From sequence record NC_021529.2: a DNA stretch of 64,000 nt; one strand, written 5' to 3'. Shown one piece after another: positions 20,852 through 30,056 of the stretch. The position numbers and the translations under genes are program-made. Within the stretch, counting starts at the first letter, position 1, and each line of letters starts with the position of its first letter. The notes beneath the pieces are model-generated. The model did no database searches. It saw only the letters and a list, made by a program, of their open reading frames with translations, and had not been told where the DNA came from.

Positions 20852-22402
20852 ATGAACCTAACTGAAAAATGGAAAGAATTGCTTGAAGCAGACGGTGCGG
20901 AAATGCCAGAGATTGCAACTGCAACTAAGCAAAAAATCATGTCTAAAATCTTTGAAAACCAAGATAAAGACATCAACAACGATCCGATGTATCGCGATCC
21001 ACAGCTAGTTGAAGCATTCAACGCTGGTCTAAACGAAGCTGTAGTAAACGGTGACCATGGTTACGATCCTGCTAACATCGCTCAAGGTGTTACTTCAGGT
21101 GCAGTAACAAATATCGGTCCAACTGTAATGGGTATGGTTCGTCGTGCTATTCCTCAGCTTATCGCATTCGATATCGCTGGTGTTCAGCCAATGACTGGTC
21201 CAACTAGCCAAGTGTTCACACTTCGCTCTATCTACGGTAAAGATCCGCTAAACGGTGTTGAAGCATTCCACCCAACTCGTCAAGCTGACGCTTCATTCTC
21301 TGGTCAAGCTGGCACAGGTACTGCAATCGCTGATCTACCAGTTTCTGGTGCAGCAACTGACGGTACTCCATACAAAGCTGTAGTAGCTTCTGTAGGTGGC
21401 GACGCTGACACTGTACGTTACTTCCTAGCACTTGGTGCTGTGACTGTTGCAGTTGAAGGTGAAATGACTGTTGATGAATACACTACTGCTATCTCAAGCG
21501 GTCTAGCTGTAGAAATCGACGCAGGTATGGCAACTTCACAAGCTGAATTGCAAGAAGCGTTCAACGGTTCAAGCAACAACGAGTGGAACGAAATGTCATT
21601 CCGCATCGACAAACAAGTTGTTGAAGCGAAATCACGTCAATTGAAAGCTCAATACTCAATCGAGCTTGCACAAGACCTACGTGCTGTACACGGTCTAGAC
21701 GCTGACGCTGAGCTAAGCGGTATCCTAGCTAACGAAGTAATGGTTGAACTTAACCGTGAAATCGTTAACCTAGTTAACTCTCAAGCTCAAATCGGTAAAT
21801 CTGGTTGGACTAAAGGCGAAGGTGCTGCTGGCGTATTCGACTTCTCAGACGCTGTAGATGTTAAAGGCGCTCGTTGGGCTGGTGAAGCTTACAAAGCTCT
21901 ACTAATCCAAATCGAAAAAGAAGCGAACGAAATCGGTCGTCAAACTGGTCGTGGTAACGGTAACTTCATCATTGCATCACGCAACGTAGTTTCTGCACTA
22001 TCAATGACTGATACTCTTGTTGGCCCTGCTGCACAAGGTATGCAAAACGGTTCAATGAACACTGACACAAACCAAACTGTGTTTGCTGGTGTTCTAGGCG
22101 GACGCTTCAAAGTGTACATCGACCAATACGCAGTGAACGATTACTTCACAGTTGGTTTCAAAGGTGGCACTGAAATGGACGCTGGTGTGTTCTACTCACC
22201 ATACGTACCGCTGACTCCACTACGTGGTTCAGACAGCAAAAACTTCCAACCTGTAATTGGTTTCAAAACTCGTTACGGTGTGCAAGTTAACCCATTCGCA
22301 GATCCAACCGCAGCTCACGCTAAAGTGGGTAACGGTGCTCCAGTTGCTGCTTCAATGGGCAAAAACGCTTACTTCCGTCGCGTATTCGTTAAAGGTCTAT
22401 AA
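20852..22402 (+). CDS. 23: major capsid protein gp23
   Basis: GMVRRAIPQLIAFDIAGVQPM, SRQLKAQYSIELAQDLRAVHG, FQPVIGFKTRYG; late promoter TATAAATA at 20806-20813. Confidence 0.99.
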   Translation: MNLTEKWKELLEADGAEMPEIATATKQKIMSKIFENQDKDINNDPMYRDPQLVEAFNAGLNEAVVNGDHGYDPANIAQGVTSGAVTNIGPTVMGMVRRAIPQLIAFDIAGVQPMTGPTSQVFTLRSIYGKDPLNGVEAFHPTRQADASFSGQAGTGTAIADLPVSGAATDGTPYKAVVASVGGDADTVRYFLALGAVTVAVEGEMTVDEYTTAISSGLAVEIDAGMATSQAELQEAFNGSSNNEWNEMSFRIDKQVVEAKSRQLKAQYSIELAQDLRAVHGLDADAELSGILANEVMVELNREIVNLVNSQAQIGKSGWTKGEGAAGVFDFSDAVDVKGARWAGEAYKALLIQIEKEANEIGRQTGRGNGNFIIASRNVVSALSMTDTLVGPAAQGMQNGSMNTDTNQTVFAGVLGGRFKVYIDQYAVNDYFTVGFKGGTEMDAGVFYSPYVPLTPLRGSDSKNFQPVIGFKTRYGVQVNPFADPTAAHAKVGNGAPVAASMGKNAYFRRVFVKGL

Positions 22403-22421
22403 GACTAGCGAAACAGACAAC

Positions 22422-22448
22422 AAAAGGGACTCTTCGGAGTCCCTTTTT
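22422..22448. terminator. bidirectional terminator between 23 and cca
   Basis: AAAAGGGACTC-ttcg-GAGTCCCTTTTT. Confidence 0.9.
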
Positions 22449-22452
22449 GCGT

Positions 22453-23555
22453 TTATAGCTCTCCACGCAAGTACTTGTACGCGATATTGACACGCTCATC
22501 TGTAAGTGCTTCACCGTATGCTGGTCCCGGCTCAACATCAACTTTGATATTCTTAGTCAAATCGATGATCTCAGTAATCACACGACGCTTAACTGCATCT
22601 GAGATTTGAGAAAGAGCAACTTGAAATTCGAAATTGCCTTTGTATGCACCGATCTTTTCGAGTGTCAAAATAATAGTTTCATCAAACGCATTTGCATAAT
22701 CCAACTCGAAGAAAATATCACATGCTCGTGTGTATTTCTTCGTTGCACCGAACGCATGACTAAATCTACCTTTTCGATTGAACGCAACCCATTTCGCATA
22801 CAGTTGATCATCTTCACTGCGGAATTTCATTCGATTGAAGAATTTCAACCCTTGAATTTCTTTCACAGACGGTAGAGGGAAGAACCCAACGCGACTCAAG
22901 AACAGAAAGTAAATGTGTGCATCTTTTTCTGATAATGCTTTAAGAGTCTCTAGCCAGACACGTTCTTTCGGTAGATTGTTAAGCATACCGTCGTTGATCA
23001 TGTCTTTGCATAATTCAACTGTCTCTTCAGCTACTGTGAATCCCATGCTGTAGTAACGCGCATAGAAACGAGCTACGCGAAGAACACGCAGAGGGTCTTC
23101 TGCAAATGCACTAGTTGTATGACGTAGAATCTTGTTTTTAAATCATCTAGACCGCCATACGGATCAATAACGTCATCAGTCGAACCCCACAGAAACAAAC
23201 TGTTTGGTTGATTTTGTGTATGCTCAATCGCCATAGAGTTGATAGTCAAATCTCGACGAGAAAGATCGTCTTCTAAAGTTACGCCTTCAGTTGTGAACGT
23301 AAAATCAGTTGTTTTCTTGCCAGTGCTACGCTCAACACGAGCAAGTGCAACTTCATTACCTTCTCGGTCAAGCCAGACTGGAAAATCTGCACCTATCGGT
23401 TCACCATACATCATTTCCATTTGTTCGTGTGAGCAGTTAGTCACTACATAATCAATATCTTTCGGGAACGATGCCCACCCTTCTACTTGCTTGAGAATAG
23501 TGTCACGCACAGCGCCACCAACAATGTATTTCTTCATCTTGTTAAGTTCAACCAT
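22453..23555 (-). CDS. cca: tRNA nucleotidyltransferase (class II CCA-adding enzyme), split by one apparent missing base at the A5 run 23135-23139
   Basis: VGGAVRD..DIDY and EDDLSRRDLTINSMA motifs; adding one A restores [34 protein letters not shown] and joins ORFs 23073..23609 and 22453..23046 (367 aa). Confidence 0.9.
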
Positions 23556-23580
23556 TATTCGTCTCCTTTGTAAGACCTTT

Positions 23581-23609
23581 ACAATACACACATAAATACT
23601 ATAAGTCAA
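23581..23609 (-). promoter_or_regulatory. sigma70-type early promoter for cca
   Basis: TTGACT-N17-TATTGT on the minus strand. Confidence 0.7.
23591..23598 (+). promoter_or_regulatory. late promoter variant CATAAATA for the 23629-26309 operon
   Basis: One mismatch to TATAAATA; lies inside the spacer of the opposite-strand early promoter. Confidence 0.55.
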
Positions 23610-23628
23610 CTAGTTTTATGAGAAGATT

Positions 23629-23970
23629 ATGGAATATACAGAATACGAAATAACAAAATATCGTAGTCGCAGAAGTCATGGCATTAACTTGCCTGATTAC
23701 AAAGGCGCGATTTATATCGATCTTCCTAGTAGTAATTGTGGGTCAGACAGCAACTACTTTGCTGTGTTGAACAGCGAAGAGCAAATCGCAGTTGAGATTG
23801 CATTTGGCGGGTTTTATAACGAAAGTGAACCTGAACGTGATCCAATACCAGAAGATACAGATTTTCACTTAATAGGGTCCCAAGGACATTACGAAGTTCA
23901 AGGGAGAATGTTTAACAGCAACTTGCGCGTATGGCTGCGAGGGGCAGGCAAAATAACAGTAATTTACTAA
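23629..23970 (+). CDS. hypothetical protein (113 aa), probably late/virion-associated
   Basis: Clean ORF with RBS, first gene after the late promoter. Confidence 0.6.
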   Translation: MEYTEYEITKYRSRRSHGINLPDYKGAIYIDLPSSNCGSDSNYFAVLNSEEQIAVEIAFGGFYNESEPERDPIPEDTDFHLIGSQGHYEVQGRMFNSNLRVWLRGAGKITVIY

Positions 23971-23979
23971 GGGAATACT

Positions 23980-25440
23980 ATGGCAAGTATTAATATACCT
24001 GGCTTCGGCTATTCTGCTGTTCCTGAATCACCAAATGACGGTCAGCTATACGGTAGACGAGACGCTACGTGGGAGCTAATCGCTTTATCAGATGGTGTTC
24101 TAGAAGCACCAGCAGATGGTACAGAATACGTACGAAAGGATTTGCAATGGGTTCACCCAACATTTCCAACATACGCAGCAACAGATGTTACGTTCACTGC
24201 AACAAATTCACAGCTTCTTTCAGATAACGTGCATGATGCTCTTGAAGAGCTTTACGAAAAATACCCACGAAAAATGATTTTCGTTCGTTCATCTGCTGAT
24301 TTTCCAACACCGCAGTTGTTAAATGGCGTGATGACACACAAACTTGAAGAGTACGAATATGTAATCGATGGTGATGTTGAAATTAGCGCATCTATCGGAT
24401 TCCCAGGACCTGGTCTAGCTGCGTCACTGCGTGCAGTCAATCGTTCATTGTTGATGTATACAGGTACTGATGCGATGTTTCATGATCTGGGCGCTCAAGG
24501 AACAATCGAAGTTGTAGGTCAAACTGAGTTTCAAGCACCGAATGGTGATATGTTCAATTTGATTTCTGGGGCGGGTGGGTTCTCGTTTCAGACACAATGG
24601 GCAGATAGATTTACAAACTGTAATCGTCTAGGTGAAGTTTACTGTGGTGGTCTATCAACGCTTGTATTCAATGGCGGTACATTTAGAAACTTCAATCAAG
24701 GATTGATTGTTCATGACCCCGGCTTCTTTGAAGTAAATACGTTCTTTATGTTTGGTAACAACCAAGCAGGATGTAAATATTTCACAATACAAGGTGAATC
24801 TTCTACTGGTTCAGTGAACATCGATACAGTAACATTCTCATTGGGTACGAATGAAACGATTTTCGACTTTAATCAGAATATTCAAGACACAATCGACACG
24901 ATTAACGTTCGAAGCTGTACTCTTCGTGGTCCTCTAAACGGTACATTGTTTGCACCGGGAAGCCTAACACCTAGAGATAGAAAATTTGAGTCTGTTGGTA
25001 ACACAATTATCGGCAACACTGTACACGGTGGGTTGATTTACCTGAGCGGAAATGTCACTCAGACAGTCGTAACCACAATCAACACACCTACTAAAGCAGC
25101 AGGTACATGGATTACTGAAGACGTTTCTCACTTCAATCATAATGTAAACGGCGCGTTGCAATCTGAAGTGATTCGTGACATATCGAGCAGCGTTGATTTG
25201 TCAGTGAGTGTTCAACCTGCATCAGGTAACGGGGTTGTTATTCGTTGTTACCTAGCGAAAAACGGTGTTGTTATTCCAGAGAGTGCTAAGACAACAACTG
25301 CTGATAACGGCAAAGCTGGTAACTTGTCAATATCATGGCATACTGACATTTCTCAGAATGATTACTTTGAATTGTATGTTGAAAACCGCACTGGTACAAC
25401 GCCAATCATCGTAACTGACGCAACATTGCGCATACCGTAA
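23980..25440 (+). CDS. putative trimeric head/appendage fibre with two N-terminal foldon-like motifs and a C-terminal C1q/BclA-like domain (486 aa)
   Basis: VPESPNDGQLYGRRDATW and VLEAPADGTEYVRKDLQW resemble the T4 foldon [18 protein letters not shown]; position upstream of inh, like hoc. Confidence 0.6.
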   Translation: MASINIPGFGYSAVPESPNDGQLYGRRDATWELIALSDGVLEAPADGTEYVRKDLQWVHPTFPTYAATDVTFTATNSQLLSDNVHDALEELYEKYPRKMIFVRSSADFPTPQLLNGVMTHKLEEYEYVIDGDVEISASIGFPGPGLAASLRAVNRSLLMYTGTDAMFHDLGAQGTIEVVGQTEFQAPNGDMFNLISGAGGFSFQTQWADRFTNCNRLGEVYCGGLSTLVFNGGTFRNFNQGLIVHDPGFFEVNTFFMFGNNQAGCKYFTIQGESSTGSVNIDTVTFSLGTNETIFDFNQNIQDTIDTINVRSCTLRGPLNGTLFAPGSLTPRDRKFESVGNTIIGNTVHGGLIYLSGNVTQTVVTTINTPTKAAGTWITEDVSHFNHNVNGALQSEVIRDISSSVDLSVSVQPASGNGVVIRCYLAKNGVVIPESAKTTTADNGKAGNLSISWHTDISQNDYFELYVENRTGTTPIIVTDATLRIP

Positions 25441-25475
25441 TAAATAAACATGAATGAATAAATTTGGAGATTCAC

Positions 25476-25964
25476 ATGAGTCAATTGAAAACACATGCAG
25501 ATTCACTAACTAAAGCAGAACTAGATGAGTTTGCACAAGAGTTTTACGGCATTGAACTTGATCGTCGTAAATCAAAGGGCGCAATGACTAAAGCACTTAT
25601 CGAAGCTGCTGAAGACAAAACCCCGCTTAAACAACTTCCGTGGGAAGAGCTTCTTTTAGAAGAAACGCCTGAAGTTGTAGAAACACCAGCATCAGTTGAG
25701 CCAGTGGTTCAAGCTGTTGTTGTAGAACAAGACGCATCGTTTGTTCCGCTACCGCTATCGTTTAGACGTGGCAAAGAACGTTTCATGATTGCAACCGATA
25801 CAGCAGTTAAGTCAGCGCAAGCTATTCTTGCTGATGAATCTACAATCAGTGACGCTAAAGAGTCTGATTTGCGTACCGTAAACTCTATCTTGCATTACGT
25901 TTCGCAAGACGGGCAGGTGCTAGTTCGCGAAACTCGAAATAGTCAATTTATCACAATCAAATAA
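25476..25964 (+). CDS. inh: inhibitor of prohead protease Inh
   Basis: ELDEFAQEFYGIELDRRKS N-domain; C-terminus ILHYVSQDGQVLVRETRNSQFITIK matches T4 Inh. Confidence 0.85.
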   Translation: MSQLKTHADSLTKAELDEFAQEFYGIELDRRKSKGAMTKALIEAAEDKTPLKQLPWEELLLEETPEVVETPASVEPVVQAVVVEQDASFVPLPLSFRRGKERFMIATDTAVKSAQAILADESTISDAKESDLRTVNSILHYVSQDGQVLVRETRNSQFITIK

Positions 25965-25973
25965 GGTACTGAA

Positions 25974-26309
25974 ATGACAACACCTATCCACACATCATTG
26001 AATCTAGCAGTTAGCATCGATGATCTTAGCGTAGCTGCGGCAGATGCTGCTAAAAGTGGTTACGATGACATCACGACTACAGTTCTAAATCATACTGGCG
26101 AATCATACATCATCGTTGATAAGCAGACGTATGAAGAGCTTAAAGCTGCAATCGAAGACGCTAGTCCTATTAGCTCAATCGAAGGTCTATCACAAGAGTG
26201 TATCGACATTCTTGCAGGCGCAGTAGATTCGACAACTACACTATGCCGTGAACACACGAATAGTCGATTCTTCCGAATCGCTTGGACTGTGACTACAGCC
26301 GGCGTATAA
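25974..26309 (+). CDS. protein resembling the Inh C-terminal domain (111 aa)
   Basis: Ends TTTLCREHTNSRFFRIAW, similar to the neighbouring Inh VLVRETRNSQFITIK. Confidence 0.5.
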   Translation: MTTPIHTSLNLAVSIDDLSVAAADAAKSGYDDITTTVLNHTGESYIIVDKQTYEELKAAIEDASPISSIEGLSQECIDILAGAVDSTTTLCREHTNSRFFRIAWTVTTAGV

Positions 26310-26311
26310 TG

Positions 26312-26338
26312 AAAAAGCCCGCTGATGCGGGCTTTTTT
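26312..26338. terminator. bidirectional terminator
   Basis: AAAAAGCCCGC-tgat-GCGGGCTTTTTT. Confidence 0.9.
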
Positions 26339-26366
26339 GTGTCTGTCAGACGCTCTGTATGGTATT

Positions 26367-27545
26367 CTAAGCGACGAACGCTACACGCTGTACGATTGTC
26401 TGTTTTTCGTCACGAAACTCGCTGTGCTCTTTTACAGTAGCTTTAATCGTGACTTCTTCGCCAGCTTCGATTCTATCATCGTCGTTGTTGCGTAGACGTT
26501 TGCTACCAAACCAGATGATTAGATTGTTTTCAGCATCACGGAAGCGGTGAATGAATGTGTCGCCGTAGTAGCCTTCAGAAACGATTGTTTTCTCAAGTGT
26601 AACAGTGAAGTTCTCGCGTTTTTTAACAGTACCAACGTGCTCTGATTCTGGTAGTTCAGCTTTACGCTCAGCTTCGCGTTTAGCAAGAATTTCACGCTCT
26701 TTTGCTTTATTGAAAGCAACGATTGCTGCTGCAATGAAACCAGTTTGTTTGTACTCGATGAACTGTGCGCCACATGATGAGATTACATTGTGCATGAAAT
26801 CGTTAGTAGCTTCTTGTTCAGAAACCCATTCTAAGATTTCTTTTGCTCGTGCTTCGTACTTGTCGTAGTCGTATTCAGCAAGCATTCTATCACGCTCTTC
26901 ACGCAATTCTTTTGAATGAACATTGATCATGTTCAAAATCCACTGACGAGTGATACCACCACCATGGTATGCGCCGTTGTGCTCAACGTAAATCGCAGCC
27001 CACGTAACAATCTGAAGTGCATTGTATGTTGTTTTAGAAGAACCACGACCCCACGAATCTTCGTCATTGAAGCTATCAATTGCAACGTAAAATGTTGCTA
27101 GTGAATCGATTGATTTTGTAGGCAAGTAGTATTTCAGGCATGAACCACCAACGCGCATTTCTTCTTTTGTTTCTTCGTTTTTAATAACGTAAGTAACGTT
27201 GCGCTGACGATTAGAGTTGCAGTGATCACATGTTGTGTCACCTAGAAGATGACGGTGATTAGTCTCGCTGTTAGAGCGAATTAGATTTGATGCGTGATCA
27301 AGTTGAGTTAAGAATGACCAACCGTTTTTAGAAGGGTATTCGCCACTGATAGTAACATCTACGTAGTAAACACGCTCTTTAACGTGATTTACAATGCGAA
27401 CTTCAGAGTATAATTCGCCGAATTCAACAGTGATAGGTGCAACGTCAAGACGTTTAGCGATTTTGTTAGTCGCTTCGATACGTGCGTTGAATTCGTTCAT
27501 GTAGATTGTGTTGATTGTGTAAGTAGTTTCGAATTGGTTAGTCAT
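26367..27545 (-). CDS. early protein with a CDHC...C putative Zn site and a C-terminal OB-fold-like domain (392 aa)
   Basis: CDHCNSNRQRNVTYV...VGGSCL; C-terminal HVGTVKKRENF...ATVKEHSEFRDEKQTIVQRV. Confidence 0.6.
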   Translation of the reverse strand: MTNQFETTYTINTIYMNEFNARIEATNKIAKRLDVAPITVEFGELYSEVRIVNHVKERVYYVDVTISGEYPSKNGWSFLTQLDHASNLIRSNSETNHRHLLGDTTCDHCNSNRQRNVTYVIKNEETKEEMRVGGSCLKYYLPTKSIDSLATFYVAIDSFNDEDSWGRGSSKTTYNALQIVTWAAIYVEHNGAYHGGGITRQWILNMINVHSKELREERDRMLAEYDYDKYEARAKEILEWVSEQEATNDFMHNVISSCGAQFIEYKQTGFIAAAIVAFNKAKEREILAKREAERKAELPESEHVGTVKKRENFTVTLEKTIVSEGYYGDTFIHRFRDAENNLIIWFGSKRLRNNDDDRIEAGEEVTIKATVKEHSEFRDEKQTIVQRVAFVA

Positions 27546-27615
27546 AATTTGCTCTCTTAGTTAGTCGATGTCGTTTCGATATAGAGATAATACGACTTTA
27601 TGGTGATAGTGTCAA
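27543..27615 (-). promoter_or_regulatory. early promoter plus conserved leader (copy 1)
   Basis: TTGACA-N17-TATTAT, then ATCGAAACGACATCGACTAACTAAGAGAGCAAATTATG. Confidence 0.85.
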
Positions 27616-27653
27616 TAGGTAAAAACAAAAAAGCGCAAATAATGCGCTTTTCT

Positions 27654-28574
27654 TTACTTACGAATGAAATATGTCTTAGTTGAAGCTCGATTCTCGACTG
27701 TCTTGGTAGTGTAGTCTGTCAGGGATGCTGCATAACGTCGTACAAGACGATTGTACAGCTTTACTCTAGAATCTGACCCACTCTCAATGTTGCGTTCAGC
27801 ACTGAAATAAATTTGCTCTGGCTCACGCTCATCGATGAATTCTTTCATACCGCTCATCACTGTTGCGAATACACCATACATATTACCAGCACCAGTTGCG
27901 CGATACGTGTAATCACCGTCTGCATTTTTACCCAAGAACACAACTTCCCATGCATCTTTGTTAGATTGATACCCAATATGAATTGCATAGCCTTCGCCGT
28001 TAACTTTGAATGTACCGCCCCAGCTAGTTATGCTCTTTTCAACCCAATGTATTTTTGATGGTTTGTCGAATGCTTCAGTCAAATTAACAGATGATAACCA
28101 CTCTTTCCAAGTCTTCTTGTTGCCGATTTTAGCAAATGGAATGTCGTCATTATCCAACCACGTAGCTGAACGATCATAAGACTGAGTAGTGTTGAACCCA
28201 CGATAATCATCACCAACCCATAGCCATTTATGATGCCAGATTTGATTGACTTGACGTGGCTTAGATACAACACCATCTTTATAAGTAATCATCAACCCCG
28301 CTGCTGGTTCTTGAACAGTGTCAAACTCAACTGAGTCATAGAACGCAATCCCGCCTTTCTTGTAGTCAATGCGTACAATATTTGGCGTGAATTGTGGGTT
28401 TGCAATCGAAACTTGTGTACGAGCATCAGCAACCATTTGCTTAAACTCGTCTGGCACGTAATCAATATGAACGTATAATGATCCGCCGATGTCTTTACCG
28501 ACTCCCCATTTACTTCTCTTGACTGCACTACCCTTTCTAGTTTTTAACGGAGCACGCTCAAATATGATAGTCAT
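27654..28574 (-). CDS. two-domain putative internal head protein (306 aa)
   Basis: N-terminal MTIIFE and internal NLTE fit the gp21 cleavage consensus (L/I/F-x-E); late operon; C-domain EAFD...TGAGNMYGVFATV...SRVKLYNRLVRRY. Confidence 0.55.
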   Translation of the reverse strand: MTIIFERAPLKTRKGSAVKRSKWGVGKDIGGSLYVHIDYVPDEFKQMVADARTQVSIANPQFTPNIVRIDYKKGGIAFYDSVEFDTVQEPAAGLMITYKDGVVSKPRQVNQIWHHKWLWVGDDYRGFNTTQSYDRSATWLDNDDIPFAKIGNKKTWKEWLSSVNLTEAFDKPSKIHWVEKSITSWGGTFKVNGEGYAIHIGYQSNKDAWEVVFLGKNADGDYTYRATGAGNMYGVFATVMSGMKEFIDEREPEQIYFSAERNIESGSDSRVKLYNRLVRRYAASLTDYTTKTVENRASTKTYFIRK

Positions 28575-29164
28575 TAGCGCGCCTCGTTAGTGATATTTCG
28601 GATCATGCGTACTGCGTACTGAGTATCGCCGACAATAGCTGCTGACGCTGCTTTATCAACATAGAATGTACTGTCTTCGATCATGTTCAAGTGATGATAT
28701 ATTTCGCGGAAGTCGTGACGATCATACTCTTTCGTATTGAAACGAAGAGCACCAGCTTGTTTGTCATCATCGTGAACACGCTTGTATTCATCAACAACTC
28801 GAATCATTTCGTTTGCGTATTTCTTCATTTCCATGTTATCAAGTTTTAGACGCTTTGCTGCTGTAATAACTTCGTCGCGAGGTCTGTCAAGTTCAATTGC
28901 ATCTTTCAAAATGTTCATACTGTGAATCGTATCGATTGCAGCCTTTTCCATTCTGAATTTGTGCTGTTCTAACGTTCGGTTATGTTTCTTCAGTTCACCA
29001 GTTGCAGTCGCGCCAGCAATCAACCCAGCGAATACTCCCCAGAAACCACCTCTACGCTGTAGGCGTTTTTTAACTTCGCCTTTAGACCCAGATGTCATTG
29101 CTTGAAATTGTGACCATACACCACTTTTTTTAGCTCTGTCTGCTTCTGTTAAAAATTCAATCAT
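28574..29164 (-). CDS. putative internal head protein with a Gly-rich hydrophobic segment (196 aa)
   Basis: MIEFLTE-type leader; GGFWGVFAGLIAGATATG followed by coiled coil; late promoter TCTAAATA at 29191-29198 (minus). Confidence 0.55.
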   Translation of the reverse strand: MIEFLTEADRAKKSGVWSQFQAMTSGSKGEVKKRLQRRGGFWGVFAGLIAGATATGELKKHNRTLEQHKFRMEKAAIDTIHSMNILKDAIELDRPRDEVITAAKRLKLDNMEMKKYANEMIRVVDEYKRVHDDDKQAGALRFNTKEYDRHDFREIYHHLNMIEDSTFYVDKAASAAIVGDTQYAVRMIRNITNEAR

Positions 29165-29232
29165 AGTTTTAACCCCTTAGTAGTTTATTATATTTAGAGT
29201 CAAAACAAAAAGACGACCGAAGTCGTCTTAGT

Positions 29233-29508
29233 TTATTTGTTTTTGACGGGATACTGAGTAACCCAATAATCAACATCATCTGAGTATTCATAATAAGCTT
29301 CATGAAAGCTATCTAACACATCATCAACGACGATCTTCTCTCCAGTTTCGAAGATATACATGATGCTATCGTATCTGTCATCTGCTGCGTTATACATCGG
29401 TTCTGTCGTGAAACGCACGCCACAGGGAGTAAACATTTCATATCGAACTTCTGGTACGTCAACTTGTTCTGCGTTATGCACTGCAAATGCTTGTTCAAGT
29501 ACGTTCAT
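29233..29508 (-). CDS. early hypothetical protein (91 aa)
   Basis: GGAG RBS; promoter TTGACA-N17-TAAGAT at 29537-29565 (minus). Confidence 0.65.
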   Translation of the reverse strand: MNVLEQAFAVHNAEQVDVPEVRYEMFTPCGVRFTTEPMYNAADDRYDSIMYIFETGEKIVVDDVLDSFHEAYYEYSDDVDYWVTQYPVKNK

Positions 29509-29565
29509 GATATTCTCCAATAATTCATCTACTGATATCTTAGATGTTGTGCTTAATTATGTCAA

Positions 29566-30054
29566 CTACTTTCTACGCCACTTAGCAAGTTTTTCATCAT
29601 ATTCACTGTGTTTCCACAAGTCAAATACAATCACACCACTTTGAAACCACCACACAAGCGATATTGTATCGTTCAAGCTAGGGTCTTTTGGGTTTGTGCC
29701 TGCATACAGTTCAGTGCTAGGATGTGAGTGATAAATCGCTTTCTTAACAGCAAATTTATAACCAGATTCTGGTCTGCCTACTTCTTTCGGTGGGTGTACG
29801 TTCCCCAAGTATGCAACTTGATAAATTGTGTTTTTGAACACGATACGTGCTGAGTCAATGTTGAAAAGCAAGTTCTGATATTTCGCAGCATTAGGTGCAA
29901 TACGCCAGTTATGTTTCGGCTTCATTTCTAGAAGCTTGTCAATCTCTGGCTCTTGAATCATCTTGCCTAAGTTATGATTACCCCATTCCTCATCAATCGA
30001 CAAACTGATATGAATGCCGTATAGAGTGTTTTCATATTCATTGAAACTAAACAT
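29566..30054 (-). CDS. hypothetical protein (162 aa), possible internal head protein
   Basis: GAGGT RBS; N-terminus MFSFNEYE resembles T4 capsid-targeting leaders. Confidence 0.55.
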   Translation of the reverse strand: MFSFNEYENTLYGIHISLSIDEEWGNHNLGKMIQEPEIDKLLEMKPKHNWRIAPNAAKYQNLLFNIDSARIVFKNTIYQVAYLGNVHPPKEVGRPESGYKFAVKKAIYHSHPSTELYAGTNPKDPSLNDTISLVWWFQSGVIVFDLWKHSEYDEKLAKWRRK

Positions 30055-30056
30055 AG

